Assembly (NCBI GenBank): GCA_907165135.1 | Contig: OU015567.1 | Coordinates: 9,052,001-9,116,000, forward strand | Source of the DNA: Oikopleura dioica | Taxonomy: Eukaryota > Animalia > Chordata | Reading direction: 5' to 3' | Length of the DNA: 64,000 nucleotides | Shown: positions 1 through 11,749 of the stretch, piece by piece | Numbering within the stretch: position 1 is the stretch's first letter | Layout of the letters: each line of letters begins with the position of its first letter | The notes under the pieces: generated by a model | Seen by the model: only the letters and a program-made list of their open reading frames with translations | What the model was told of the DNA's origin: nothing | The model's database searches: none | Position numbers and translations under genes: made by a program

Positions 1-3000
1 CAACTGCAAGTGACCTTCGAAGTTGCGTTTAATTTGGACACGGTTTACAACTTGGACTTGTTCCAGAAAGGCTGGTATAAGATCAAGATCATTCCAATCA
101 ACGAAAAATGCGTCGAATGCATGAGACATCCCAGTGGCGCCCAGGAGAAAAACGCCGAATTCTCCCCTTGTTACATTCGTTATCGAAGAGAAGAGCGCAA
201 AATTGGTAAAGAACGGGCTGGTAGAATTGATTGAAATTTCTGTTTAGCGGAGAACTGGTTATTTCGAATCCACCGGTTGGTTTCGTCGAAGCCTATTTTG
301 GGCGATAATCCGCTCGAAATCGAGGCTGAATTTTCAATCGAACTCTGGTTTGGCGAAGACGACGGTGAGGAAGGTAGACTAGTTGCAGTGGAGACTGATT
401 CGAGTACACTAGAATCACTTCGCTTTTCATTTTTTTTTATTTAAAATGATCAATTAAAATAGTTTGAAATTGATTTTTTTTTTGAAAAAATAAAAATTAA
501 AATTTTTGAATTTCATTTCTACGGTGCCTTCATTTCTAATTACAAGAAAACCCAAACTGCAAAACTTGAAATTTCGCCATTTTTTCTGGTTCAGAAGCAG
601 TTTCCACGCGCCGCCTGAATCTGGTCTTGAAGCCTACCCTTCACGACGTCTGCAATGTAACTTTCGATTATGGCTTTATGTTGAGTACGAGACTGGCTGT
701 TCATGGAGCAATTACTATAATCAACCAGGTAGCTCCATTTACATTTAGTTTGTTTAGTCATCTTTCATTCCATCTTAGAAAAGTGACAGAGTCAGAAATT
801 CGTTTCCATTAATTTCGGTAGTATTTTTATCAAATTCCTTTCCGTCGGAAAGTTTCCGAGTTGCTGAATGCTAAATTAAAATTCCAACTGAAGGATTTTC
901 CTGGAATTTTTTTTTGCAGAAGAAAACGATCTCGTTCAGTCGTTTTCTTAGGTCTCGAGTGGGCACTTACTATGGGGTTTTATGGGGCTGAGGCTGTGTT
1001 TGATTCGTGCAGGCACCAAATATTATCTTACTGGCTGACAGCCTCCATATTGCCCATAGAAATATGCCCACCCTAATTGTTATATAGTGAAAAATTTTTC
1101 AGAAAAACCTTCTTCAAATGCTAAATTTCTAGCCTTACAGTCGAGAACTGATAGTGGACGAAGAACCAAATCGTCTGGAAAAAGCGCTTCTGAATCGAGC
1201 CGAAATCGAAAACAGCGAAATGAACGAAGAACAACTTTTTTCATTTATTTGCTCGGGACAGCTGAGGATCATCCGGCAGCTCCATCGGACAATCAAAGGT
1301 TCTTATTTCTCTAAAAATGATGATTAAGTTTTCTTTTCAAGCACTGAAAGAAGCTACGCGGCTGGCCCAGCGCGTGAGCGACAAAAATCCGCCGAAAATC
1401 GAAAGCGAAGAAGAAATCCTAGCCGACGACAAAAAGTATTTAGACAACGTCGTCGACAAAACCGCAAAACTGCCAAAGAAGCCAAATGAAAACGCATCTC
1501 TTCAGGAGAAAAAAGCTTATTCCGATCAACAGGAGAAAATTCGAGCTGACATCATCAATCAAGTAAGTTAAAAAAGCGCCCTTTTGAAGGGTTAACGCTC
1601 TTTAGATTCAAGTAAATCTGGCGAAAAGCAGCTCGAAAGTGATGAATGTGTGGAAGGACTTTCTCGATGTTTATTTAAAAGACAGGAGTTGGAAGAGAGA
1701 GCTTTCGGTGAAAAATCGTGGCCTGAGAATGGAAAGATATCTCGGCGGCGCGCTATCGTTTATGAACATCGTCAAGCTCAGCAAAAATAAACACACGCGT
1801 AAGATTTATTAATTAAAAAAAAAGCAATGGATAATTATTTTATACTTTCAGTGGAGTATTACGACCAGCTACGGGATAAAATGCTGGCTTCGACGTTCTG
1901 GGCGCATTTGCCGCGTCCGCCCGTTTTGGTTCAAGAAACGGACGGATTCAATTCAGACTTGCCGATCATTATTCGAGATTGTTACGAAAAAGACCCTTCA
2001 GTTGGAACGACGCCGGTTTCGATGGAAGACTTGGTTATTAACGACGTTTTTGATCACAGCAAAGTGAATTACGACGTCGTGGACAAGTTTATTTCGAGCA
2101 GGAGGAATCCAAACGACGTAGAATTTGAAAAAGAAGAATTACGAATCGCCCATTTGTCGACTTTTGAACCGAGGAATCATTCCTTTATTGCCCAGAGACA
2201 GAAAAACATAAGAGACATAAATGTTCAAGGTACGAAATCGACGAAAATCTATCCAATGTCTCCAGATGTCTAAAAGATGTCAAGAATGATCTAAAAATGA
2301 CTAAATATTGCATGAAAATTTCAGGATGTAGGGCGCGTAGGGTCTGCATGCAGACCCCGGGTCTGCAAAATGCAGACCGCGGGTCTGCACATGAAAAAAA
2401 TTTATCAGAATTTTACATTAAACAGGCGCTTTGGTGCGCTTCGCGCTTGATCTTAGAGAAAACTTCATCTTTGAACATTTCTAAATCAAAACGGGCCAAA
2501 CGAGCCAAAATTTTGTTCGTCAATGCAGACTCCGGGTCTGCATTTGCAGACCCCGGGTCTGGCAGACCCTACGCGCCCGACATCCAAATTTCATTAGATT
2601 TCTTCAGATGTCTATAGATGTCCAGAGATGTCGATTTACCCTGATTTAGGTGAATTTATCCGTCCAGTCAGCAACGTTCTCGCTGCAAAAGAATCGCATC
2701 TGATAATCATGCTCCACGGCCTTGAAGGAAACTCAAACGACCTCCGACTCTGGAAAACCAGCATTGAGCAGCTGTATCCTTTGGCCCACTTTGAGTACCT
2801 TCTCTGCCAGTCGAATCACAATCTAACGCAAGAGACTTTCGAAGAACAGGGCAAACGAATCACCGAAGAAGTGTCCGAATTCCTCCTGGCCAAGGAAGTG
2901 CTGCCGCAGAAGATCTCCTGGGTCGGGCACAGCATGGGCGCTTTACTCGTCAGAATCGCTGCCAATTCCGCCAAATTGGAACCCTTTCAGCCGCTTTTTG

Positions 3001-3608
3001 AAGATTTCGTTTCTCTCTGCGGCCCACACACGGGACTGTACTACATGGACTCGGCCGTCGTCGGAGCTGGTCTCTGGCTTTATGAAAAGTGGAAGAAGGC
3101 GGCCAGTCTCAAGCAATTAGCTCTCAGAGGTAATTTTAGATCATAAATTAATAAAATAATTACATTTGTTCAGACGCTAGCCAAGTCTCCGAAACATCAA
3201 TTTTCAAAATGGCTTCAAACTGCCCGTTGAGCGTTTTCAAGCGCGTTTTACTCGTCAGCGCGGCAGGAGATCGCTACGTTTCGCCCCACAGCGCGCGAAT
3301 CGACACTCCCAAATCCGCCTTTCTCGACAAAGTGGCCGGCCCGTCGAATATTCTTCTGACGGAAACGCTGCAAAAGAAACTGGAAGTCAACAAAACGATT
3401 GTTGAGCGATACCACGTCTTTCACCAAAATCTACCTCAAGGTAAATTCATTCCTCCTTATCACCTGAAGCTTTTTTTGTTCAGATACGGCGACGAAAGTA
3501 ATCGGTCGCGCCGCGCACATAGCTGTTCTAGACTCTCAAGTATTCATTTCTGCATTTCTCGTCGCTTCACGCGCCTTCAACTCTGGCCACGGCAAAAACG
3601 CTTTATAA
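1..3608 (+). CDS. FAM135: FAM135-family protein (DUF676 lipase-like alpha/beta hydrolase), multi-exon, 5' partial
   Basis: N-terminal YNLDLFQKGWY; HLIIMLHGLEGNSNDLRL; ISWVGHSMG; DRYVSPHSARI; last exon IGRAAHIAVLDS ending at TAA 3606-3608. Confidence 0.88.
956..1075. mobile_element. Degenerate small MITE in FAM135 intron
   Basis: Imperfect inverted ends GAGTGGGCACTTACTATGGG ... CCCATAGAAATATGCCCACCCTA; no TSD visible. Confidence 0.45.
2329..2580. mobile_element. MITE with TAGGG-type termini and internal GCAGACCCCGGGTCTGC palindromes (FAM135 intron)
   Basis: GGGCGCGTAGGGTCTGC (2331) is the exact reverse complement of GCAGACCCTACGCGCCC (ending 2578); repeated palindromic subterminal units. Confidence 0.8.
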
Positions 3609-3851
3609 CGTCAAATTTTTTAATCTGTATTTTTCTACTTATCAAACTTCTTTATTTCTATCTAATAAACCTAATCCACCATTTTCATTCAATTCTCCAT
3701 TGAAAATATTCTTCTTTTCAAATTCCAAAAGTTCCTAATTCAATTTCTCTCTTCGTCTTTTTTAATGTCAAATAGAGTTCTTTTAATTCAATCAAACTTT
3801 AAACCTAATCCTAAACAACCAAACATGATCAAAGGAAGCATGTATTTATTA

Positions 3852-4450
3852 CAGTGACGCGCTTTTTTTAAGGTTGGGCAAGTTATTTCACCCACTTTTT
3901 GCCTTTAAACCCTGGAACACCATACATATTTGGAATCAGCAGGAGATTTTAAGAACTTTGACCGTTTTAGTTTCCAAAATTTCCACTTCCGGTCCGATTC
4001 TAGAGCCGGAAGTTGACGAAATTTTTGAGTTTGGGCAACTTATGACCTATCAAATTGATGCTCAGAAAATTTTGAGTAAACTCATCTTAAAATCATTCAA
4101 AAAAACCGTCCCAACCGCAGTCAAACCGACCGGCAAAACTAGGAAAAAAGGCATAAATTTCTGATTTTTCTTTCAGTTTTTAGCGGTTGATTTGACCGCG
4201 GTCGGCATCGATTCTTCTCTCAGATGATAGGAAATCTTCTGAGAATCAATTTGATAGGTCACAAGTTGGCCAAATTCAAAAATTTCGTCAACTTCCGGCT
4301 CTAGAATCGGACCGGAAGTGGAAATTTTGGAAATTAAAACGGTCAAAGTTCTTAAAGTTTCCTGCTGATTCCGAATATGTATGGTGTTCCAGGGTTTAAA
4401 ATTAAGAAGTGGGTGAAATAACTTGCCCAACCTTAAAAAAAGCGCGTCAG
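3852..4450. mobile_element. ~600-bp foldback (palindromic) MITE, Tc1/mariner-like ends with TA flanks
   Basis: Two long arms are near reverse complements (TGACGCGCTTTTTTTAAGGTTGGGCAAG ... CTTGCCCAACCTTAAAAAAAGCGCGTCA); TA on both sides; produces mirror ORFs 3874-4164(+) and 4173-4430(-). Confidence 0.85.
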
Positions 4451-4661
4451 TATTATTATCAGTACTTTATTTTTTAATTCCAGTTACACAAACTTACAAC
4501 GCCAACTTCACTCATCAAAAACAGGAAGAAAAAGTTAACTTCTGAAATTTTTAATAAACAAAATGAAACTCACCATTTTGATCAACACGTAATCAAACCA
4601 AAATATTATTATTCCTCCATTTTCACGAGAAAATTTAAGAAATGAGAGTCAAGATAAAAGG

Positions 4662-6454
4662 ATGAGAAATTGCTTTTTATTCTTTCTTTCGTTGGTGAGC
4701 TCGGTACCGGAGGTTTTCTACAAGCTTTTTCACCAAACTTCGTTGACTCAATGTACTTTCTACGAAGATCAGTCTTTTAATTCTATCGTCGAATATCTGG
4801 GTACTGCGAAAATACAATAGTTAAATATTTATCTTGAGTTCAGCTGCGCCTCGACCTCCACCAGGATGTTCCTCAAAAGGGTCAACAACGACAACGATCA
4901 TTACTCCAACAGGGCTACATAACCATTTGAAAGAAGCTTCCAAGACGAAATGCACGCTCGTCATGTTTTTCTCATCCAGTTGTCATTTTAGGTGAGCAAA
5001 GTTTTATTAGAAATGGATGAATACAGAATTGAGTTAAACGTTTTGGCTTTCAATTTGATACTATTCCCCATCCGGTTCAGGATTTTGTAAGTCTCTTTGC
5101 GGCGGAGTTTCGCCAGGAAATAAATTCGGCAAAAACTGTCTGAGCTTTTCGGGGTCTTCTTTGACTGCTGGCCCGCCGAAAAAGATGAAAAGGTCCTCCA
5201 TATTGTCCAATTTGTACATGATCAGAGCAGAGTTCCAAAAAACGCAAAATTCTCGCGTGCGCGTGCGTGCGCGTGCGGAGAAATTTAGAATTTCGCGTGC
5301 GCGTGCGTGCGCGTGCGGAGACGACTTTCGAACACGCGTGCACACGCGTGCGCACGCGTGCGTGATCGTGCGCGTGCGCAAAAAGGGATAAAATTGCCAA
5401 ATCTGACCAATTTTTGGCATCTCTAATTTTATGCATTGAAATTGACTCTAGAAATTTTTTCGGCATAAATAACATAAAAACGCCAAATTTTCTAGGATTT
5501 CGAGCACGCGCACGATCACGCACGCGTGCGCAATCTCAATCTTCGCGTGCGCGTGCGTGCGCGTGCGCACAAATTTTCAAAATCTGCGTGCGAGTGCGTG
5601 CGCGTGCGCACGCACGCAAACACGCGCACGCGTGCGCACGGACGCACGCGTGTTTTGGAACTCTGGATCAGAGAGTCGTTCCTAAGAATATATATTTTTC
5701 CGCGAAGAATTTTAAGCAACTAGAGGGACCCCACTGTACATGCATGCTTTGAAAATTTCCGCTCGGACGACAGGAATCTTTTCTGGATGAATTGGCATAA
5801 CTTCGATCTGGGTTTCTAAAGCAGCGTCAATGGTTTATCCCATTTCTCAAAACCCGAGCCTGTCATCATCGTCTTTCGCTTTATATTATTGACCACAGTA
5901 TCGACATAAGTAAAGCCTTCTCCTTTTTGAATGGATTCATAAAACTCTTCTGGCGTCTCCATCTTTTTTCAATTTTTTTGAACTTCCCGTATTTTCGAAA
6001 ATTCGATGACAACTACCATTTGTTCTAGAAATACTCAGTTACTCTTTTCAGTATGCGACTGTCTCCAATTTACAACCGCGTTGCGATCGGCTATCCAAAT
6101 GGTCTCCTGATCGCTGGGGTCGAGATAGAGCGAAGCTGGGTGGCTGAGCTGAGTCCTGGTCCAGCGGAATTCGGTGTTTTAGGCACACCGACTGTTATCT
6201 TGTTCCAGGGAAGGAAAGAAATAGCGAGATACAACAACTCGGACCCCAATTTCCAGCAGTTCAACAACTGGCTCCACAAGCACTCTAAACTGCCTCTTTA
6301 CGAAATCAAGGAAGAAGAACTCAAGGAAGATTCAATTCCTTCTGAGCCGATTCCGACCGAGCTGACGAAGCCCTTTCCATACGGTGTTTGGATAAGCTAC
6401 CTCTCACTAGCGCTCGTGATTTTTGTGAGGAAATGCTTTCCGCAAACTGTGTGA
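4662..6454 (+). CDS. TXNDC15: Thioredoxin domain-containing protein 15-like
   Basis: Signal peptide; spliced KCTLVMFFSSSCHFS|MRLSPIYN across intron 4992-6051; FGVLGTPTVILFQGRKEIARYN; C-terminal TM. Matches the TXNDC15 pattern CTLVLFY..WCRFS. Confidence 0.75.
5061..5962 (-). pseudogene. Nested antisense 3-exon gene (~117 aa, unknown function) interrupted by a MITE
   Basis: Exons 5962-5860, 5815-5740 and 5681-5061 give an uninterrupted 118-codon frame once the MITE and one TSD copy are removed. Confidence 0.5.
5228..5665. mobile_element. hAT-type MITE with GCGT/GCAC internal repeats
   Basis: TIR CAGAGTTCCAAAA(A/C)ACGC; exact 8-bp TSD GATCAGAG at 5220-5227 and 5666-5673. Confidence 0.93.
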
Positions 6455-6596
6455 AAAAAGAAGCATCTTCAAAAATCGAATGTGTCAAATCGTGTTTCGT
6501 TCGTTTTCGTCATTTTTGTAAATAAAACTCGCTGTGAACATAAAATACTGAAAGAATCGAAAATTTAATAGTCATTTTTGAAGAGAATTTGAAAGA

Positions 6597-8091
6597 ATGT
6601 CGGGCGAGGATATTTTGGTGACGCGATTTCGCGAGTACATTCGTGTCAATACGATGCAGCCGAATCCAGATTACAAAAAGGCGGAAGAGTTTATTAAAAA
6701 GTACGGCGATGAGTTTGGCTTAGGTTCCGGTTACAGAAAGAGGTCATCAAAGATACAAAGCCTTATTCTCGATCTACTCAAGTTCTTTTTTTTAACCGAC
6801 GATAAGAATTTTCGAAGCACGAATGCGTCGAAGGCAAGCCATGCATCGTTTTGACTTGGAAAGGAAGCGAACCTCCTCTCCCCTCGATTCTGTTAAACTC
6901 GCATATTGACGTTGTCCCGGTATTTCCGTCTCAATGGGATCACGAGCCTTTTTCCGCTCACAAAACGGACGATGGTTGGATTTACGGGCGCGGCACTCAA
7001 GATATGAAATGCGTCGGAATTTGGTATATGGAGGCGATTCGAGTGCTCAAAAAACAGGTTCTTCTGTTGAAAAAATCATTATATAATTGTAAATGCTGCT
7101 ATTTTCTTAATCGATTGTATTCACTTAATCTTTAGAATTTCACGCCGAAACGAACAATTCACGTTCTTTGGGTTCCTGATGAAGAAATCGGCGGCCACGA
7201 CGGAATGGAGCTTTTGATCAAAACCGACTTTTGGAAGAATCTTAACGTCGGATTCGCACTCGACGAAGGGCTTGCCAATCCAGGGCCAGAATACATGCTC
7301 TACTACTCCGAACGAATTCCCTGGTGGATCGAGGTTACAGTCAAGGGACAGCCTGGACATGGGTCGCAGTTTTTGCATGAGACAGTCGGGGAGAAACTCA
7401 ACAAGGTTGTCCAGAGTTTTATGCAATTCAGACAAGGAAGGCTTTTAAAAATGATACTTTTATTGATTCATTTATGCTCCAAGTAAATCCAATGGGAGAC
7501 CGATTTGTTTAAAAGCCGCCTAAGAAAACAAATCGAAAATGGAAGCTGGAAATCTTCCTATCGGCGAAGTAACAACTACGAATCTGACAATGCTTGAAGG
7601 AGGAGTTCAATACAACGTCATTCCGGACAAACTCAAGGTTGGCTTCGACATGCGAATCACTCCAACAACCGACCTCGTCGAACTCGAAGAAAAAATGAAC
7701 ACCTGGTGCAGAGATGCTTGCGGCAACGATTACGAGATCAAATTCATTCAAAAATTCACGGACCCGAACATTACTTGCGTCGAAGCTGGGGACAAGTGGT
7801 GGGACGCGTTTTCCTCCGTTGTTGAAGGAGAATGCAACGCAAAGTTGATCAAGACTATTTTCCCAGGTGAAGAAAAAAAAATAAATACTCAACTTTCCAA
7901 CAATACGAATTCTAGCTGCAACTGATGGAAGATACGTTCGCTCGTGCAAGATCCCTGTCTTGGGATTCTCGCCCATCAAAAACCATCCGATTCTTCTGCA
8001 CGACCACAACGAACGAATCCATGAGTCCTGCCTTCTCGAAGGTCGAGAAATCTATGAAAAACTCATTCCCAAACTCGCTTCTGTCGAGTAA
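6597..8091 (+). CDS. ACY1: Aminoacylase-1 (M20A peptidase)
   Basis: SILLNSHIDVVP; IYGRGTQDMKCVG; VPDEEIGG; FALDEGLANP; GGVQYNVIP; ATDGRY; LLHDHNE. Confidence 0.93.
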
Positions 8092-8281
8092 CCCTTCGAA
8101 AAGAAGGACTTTTCAGCCACTTTTCTCCACTGTTCAATTTTGATTTTTCCGATTCTCAGTAGCCCAATGAATGATTGAAACTCTTTGATTAACGTAGCTT
8201 CTTCAATACTTTCAACTTGATTTCTTATTCAGTTCAACGCGTTTTTGACAATTCTTTCCTTCATGTTTTAACTTTCAGAAA

Positions 8282-11200
8282 ATGGAACTGATTCCGTGCC
8301 ATTTCTATGAAGACGGACAGCGAAAAGACGGAACTCTCCAGGTTTGCTCTTTCTCCCAGTTATCTTTATCAAAATCGCATTTAGCTTGACGAGAACCATT
8401 TAGTTTTCCAAGTCGGTCGAAGCCGCGAAAAGACCAAACTCGCCTATCAAATGATCAAACTCGCGCAACAAGACGATCAACAACGACTCATCTCTCAAAT
8501 CGACATCATTACTAAAAGCTTCAAAAAGTTCACACTAGACGTCAGTCCTGCTCCTTTAGGAATGGGTGGATGCGATTTCTTTTTCTTTATTTCAGTTTTC
8601 ATTCAAATTTTAATCAAGTGATTCAACAGAAAGTTGGCGGCTAAGATTGATGTGGTAATCGAGCAATTGTTTTCGCCGTTTTTTGCTGTCGTACTTAATA
8701 ATTTTTCGTGGTTTTTCTTTTTCCGGCTTTTGTGGCTCGTTTTCTACGTTGTTTTCAATTTCAAAATCGATAGGGAACTCGAGTTTCGGTGGATTTTCTT
8801 TCTTCTTCTGCGCTTTTTCTCGGTTCAATTCTTGCTGCCACTTTGGCGTTCCGTAATTGTAGAAAGTCGGACAGCCGTACTGGTCGAAATGGGGAGACCA
8901 TTCGTCAGTTATAGGCACCCGAATGACTCCCACTCGTGGCAACTCCGACTTTGCCTCTTGATTTTCAGTATTCTCGTTGAGAGCATTGGTAGTTCCGATC
9001 GCCATTGCTTCCATCGACTCTTCAAGGATACTTTCTTTAAGTATAATCTTCCGCTCTTTTTGGTTGATCAATTGCTCTTCTTTTGGTGTTCCTGTGTTGA
9101 AAAATGGTGCAGGGCCGGGTATTTGATCGAAGCCAGCTGCATGAACGTTCGAATATTGATCGCCCTCGTTGGTTGAGCAGTGGGTGGTATTTTCGATACG
9201 GGCCAGAATTCGAGCAACATTTTCATGATTTCCTTTTTGGCGACTTCGAGTGCGGACTCGTTTCTCTGTTGAGTTAATCAAGCTAACAAGAGGCATCTGC
9301 ACTTCCAAGGCGATTCCGTAGTATCGCCCGTAGCATTCCTTCTTTACAAAGTTTAGTGTAGCCTCCATTTCTATCTAGACTTACGATTACGTCAGAATGG
9401 TCATCGAGAAAGTCCGGATCGCTAATTCCGGAGTACCCAAAGCCAGTAACAGTCGCCCGTAAATCTTCGCCAATAACATCGTGAAACAGCTGGATGACTG
9501 TGTTCTCACTTGCACCGTTTTTCTCGAGCAAGAGAATGGCCCGCAATCTTTGCAAAAATTCGCTCTTTTCACTCTTCATTTTTGCGTTTGCAACTTAAGA
9601 ATGATTTTTACCCCTTCACTTCTTTTTATACCCGCTTAAAAAATCTTGATCTTTCAAAAGCAGTATCGGGCGATCAGAGCTAAACTGAACCACTTGAACT
9701 TCATCGCGAACTTTCCTTATCAATTTCAAGCAATACGAAAATATCGTACCACCCAAATAAGGAACAATACTAACTCGCGTCAATTCACGTAGCAAAGCTC
9801 CTTCTCTGCGCGAACTTCCTGCCTTCAAAACCAAAGAACCTGTTACAGTCGAAGAATGGGACGAGTTCACTTTAGAAACAGAATACGCCATGATGAAGTT
9901 GCCAAACAACGAATGGAAAATCACCGATCTCAACAAGAATTTCGGGCTGTGTTCAACCTATCCAAAAGTGCTCGCCGTTCCGACTACGGCCACTGATTTT
10001 ATAATTCAAGGCTCGGCCAAGTTCCGCTCTAGACAGCGATTGCCGATTCTTACCTATCTGCACGGCTCAAACGGGGGATCTATTGTCAGATGCGCTCAGC
10101 CGATGGCCGGGGCAAACAACAGATCAGAAATGGTGAATTAAAATTTTTCTTATCCAAACTAACGCATTTCAAAGGACGAGAAACTACTAGAACTGTGCGT
10201 GGACACGAGCAGAAGTCGCTCAAACGGGCTGATTGTAGACACACGACCAATGATCAACGCAATGGCGAATCGAGCCCAAGGAAAAGGATACGAAAACGTT
10301 GAACACTACCAAAAATGCTCCTTCGAATTCCACGGCATTGAAAACATCCATGTGATGCGCAAGAGTCTCGAGAGTTTGGAGCAGAAAGGTTGGCTCTCTT
10401 CCGACTGGCTCAAGCATATTTATGCGGTGCTGGATGTTTCGAACACGGTGAAGAAGGTGGTTCAAGAGGGAAGAACCGTTTTTGTCCATTGCTCTGATGG
10501 ATGGGACAGGACTTCGCAAGTTTGTGCGGGTAAAAAAAAACTCTTTTCTTATTTTAAAATAATCCATCTTAAAAAGGCGCTGCTCTGATGCTCTGCCCTC
10601 GGTACAGAACATTCTCCGGTTTCCTGTCTCTCATCCATAAAGACTGGATTTCCTTCGGTCACAAATGTGCAGATCGACTAAATCTTTCCAGAGAAAACAG
10701 CGACGGAGAAGCGTCTCCAATCTTCCTCCAGTTTCTCGAGTTCGTTTACCAATTGATGCAGCAGTTCCCGCAGTCCTTCGAGTTCACTTCTTCGTTTTTG
10801 ATTGAAATTTATGAAAAGGCGATTTCTTGTAGTTTTGGCGACTTCTGTGGAAATTCGATAAAGCAACGGTAATTGTAAACGTTCGATATTCAGCTGCTCA
10901 ACATTTTTAATTAGAGAAGAACTTGGTGTTTTCAAGCTCACGAAATGTCTCCTCACGCATCTTTCAAAGAACAGGGAACAGTTTCGAAACCATCTTTACG
11001 AAGAATACCCGTAAGATCTCATTTCCCAGCGGAAAAAACTAGCGATCGTTTTCAGAGGAGTGCTGGAGCCAGAAGTAGACATGTGCTTCATTAAATTCTG
11101 GAGCGAGATGTACCACGCCGTGCGAGGAAATTTGGTCAATGACGCGATCGAGCGACTAGTTCACGAAAACGATTCTTTACGAGAAACAGTAAAAATGCTA

Positions 11201-11326
11201 GAAGAAGCGGTAAATGGTGGACCTTCAACAAAAGACCCAGAACCGGAGAAAAACGGCGTGAAAAATATCGAAAATGTTCCGCCTCCGATAAAAAAGAGCA
11301 CCTCAGGACTTTTAGGGCCATTATAG
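8282..11326 (+). CDS. Myotubularin-related phosphoinositide phosphatase (MTMR6/7/8-like)
   Basis: LCSTYP; SAKFRSRQRLP; IVDTRPMINAMANRAQGKGYE; IENIHVMRKS; active site HCSDGWDRT; SPIFLQFLE. The first large intron hosts a nested gene. Confidence 0.9.
8610..9579 (-). CDS. Nested antisense gene encoding an extended LOTUS (OST-HTH) domain protein, ~308 aa
   Basis: Exon 9579-9385, GT-AG intron 9384-9342, exon 9341-8610 in frame. LRAILLLEKNG..LFHDVIGEDL..FGYSG..DFLDDHSDVI fits the LOTUS consensus. Confidence 0.7.
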
Positions 11327-11639
11327 CCCTAGACAAAGAAACTCTTTTTCAAAACAGCATTTCAATTCCTTCTTCATTGTATTTTTCTTTCGAGCTCCGT
11401 TCAACTCAAACTTATCTAAAAATTTATTTTAAAAAACGGAGCTATTCTGTGCCAAAGATCATTTTCCTTTTTTCCTTCTTCCTGTGCAATTGTTCATCAA
11501 AAACTTTGAAATTTTGAAATGACCATTCGCCTAATTTCAAAAGAAAAGCTCAAAATTTCAATTCAACCCTCAAATTTTGTTTTCTAGAAATTTGTGTTTT
11601 GGTATCAGAGTTTCGCTTATCAACTCACTGAGGTGAACT

Positions 11640-11700
11640 CTTTATTGGCTCCAAGCCAAATATTATAGCGCCTACACGTGGCTCCGCCCATTTCAATGGC
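11640..11700 (+). promoter_or_regulatory. Putative proximal promoter of the carbonic anhydrase gene
   Basis: ATTGG (CCAAT), CACGTG E-box and CCGCCC GC-box clustered 50-110 bp upstream of ATG 11750. Confidence 0.35.
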
Positions 11701-11749
11701 ATTCTGAGTTTGCTTCAGAAGAAACAAGAGCAGTCACTTTTTACTTACC

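Noticed and set aside
3874-4430. Two near-identical ORFs on opposite strands (MGKLFHP...)
   Set aside because: They are mirror images created by the palindromic MITE, start at TTG, and have no protein features.
5077-5752. Arg/Ala/His-rich ORFs
   Set aside because: They are translations of the GCGT/GCAC repeats inside the MITE.
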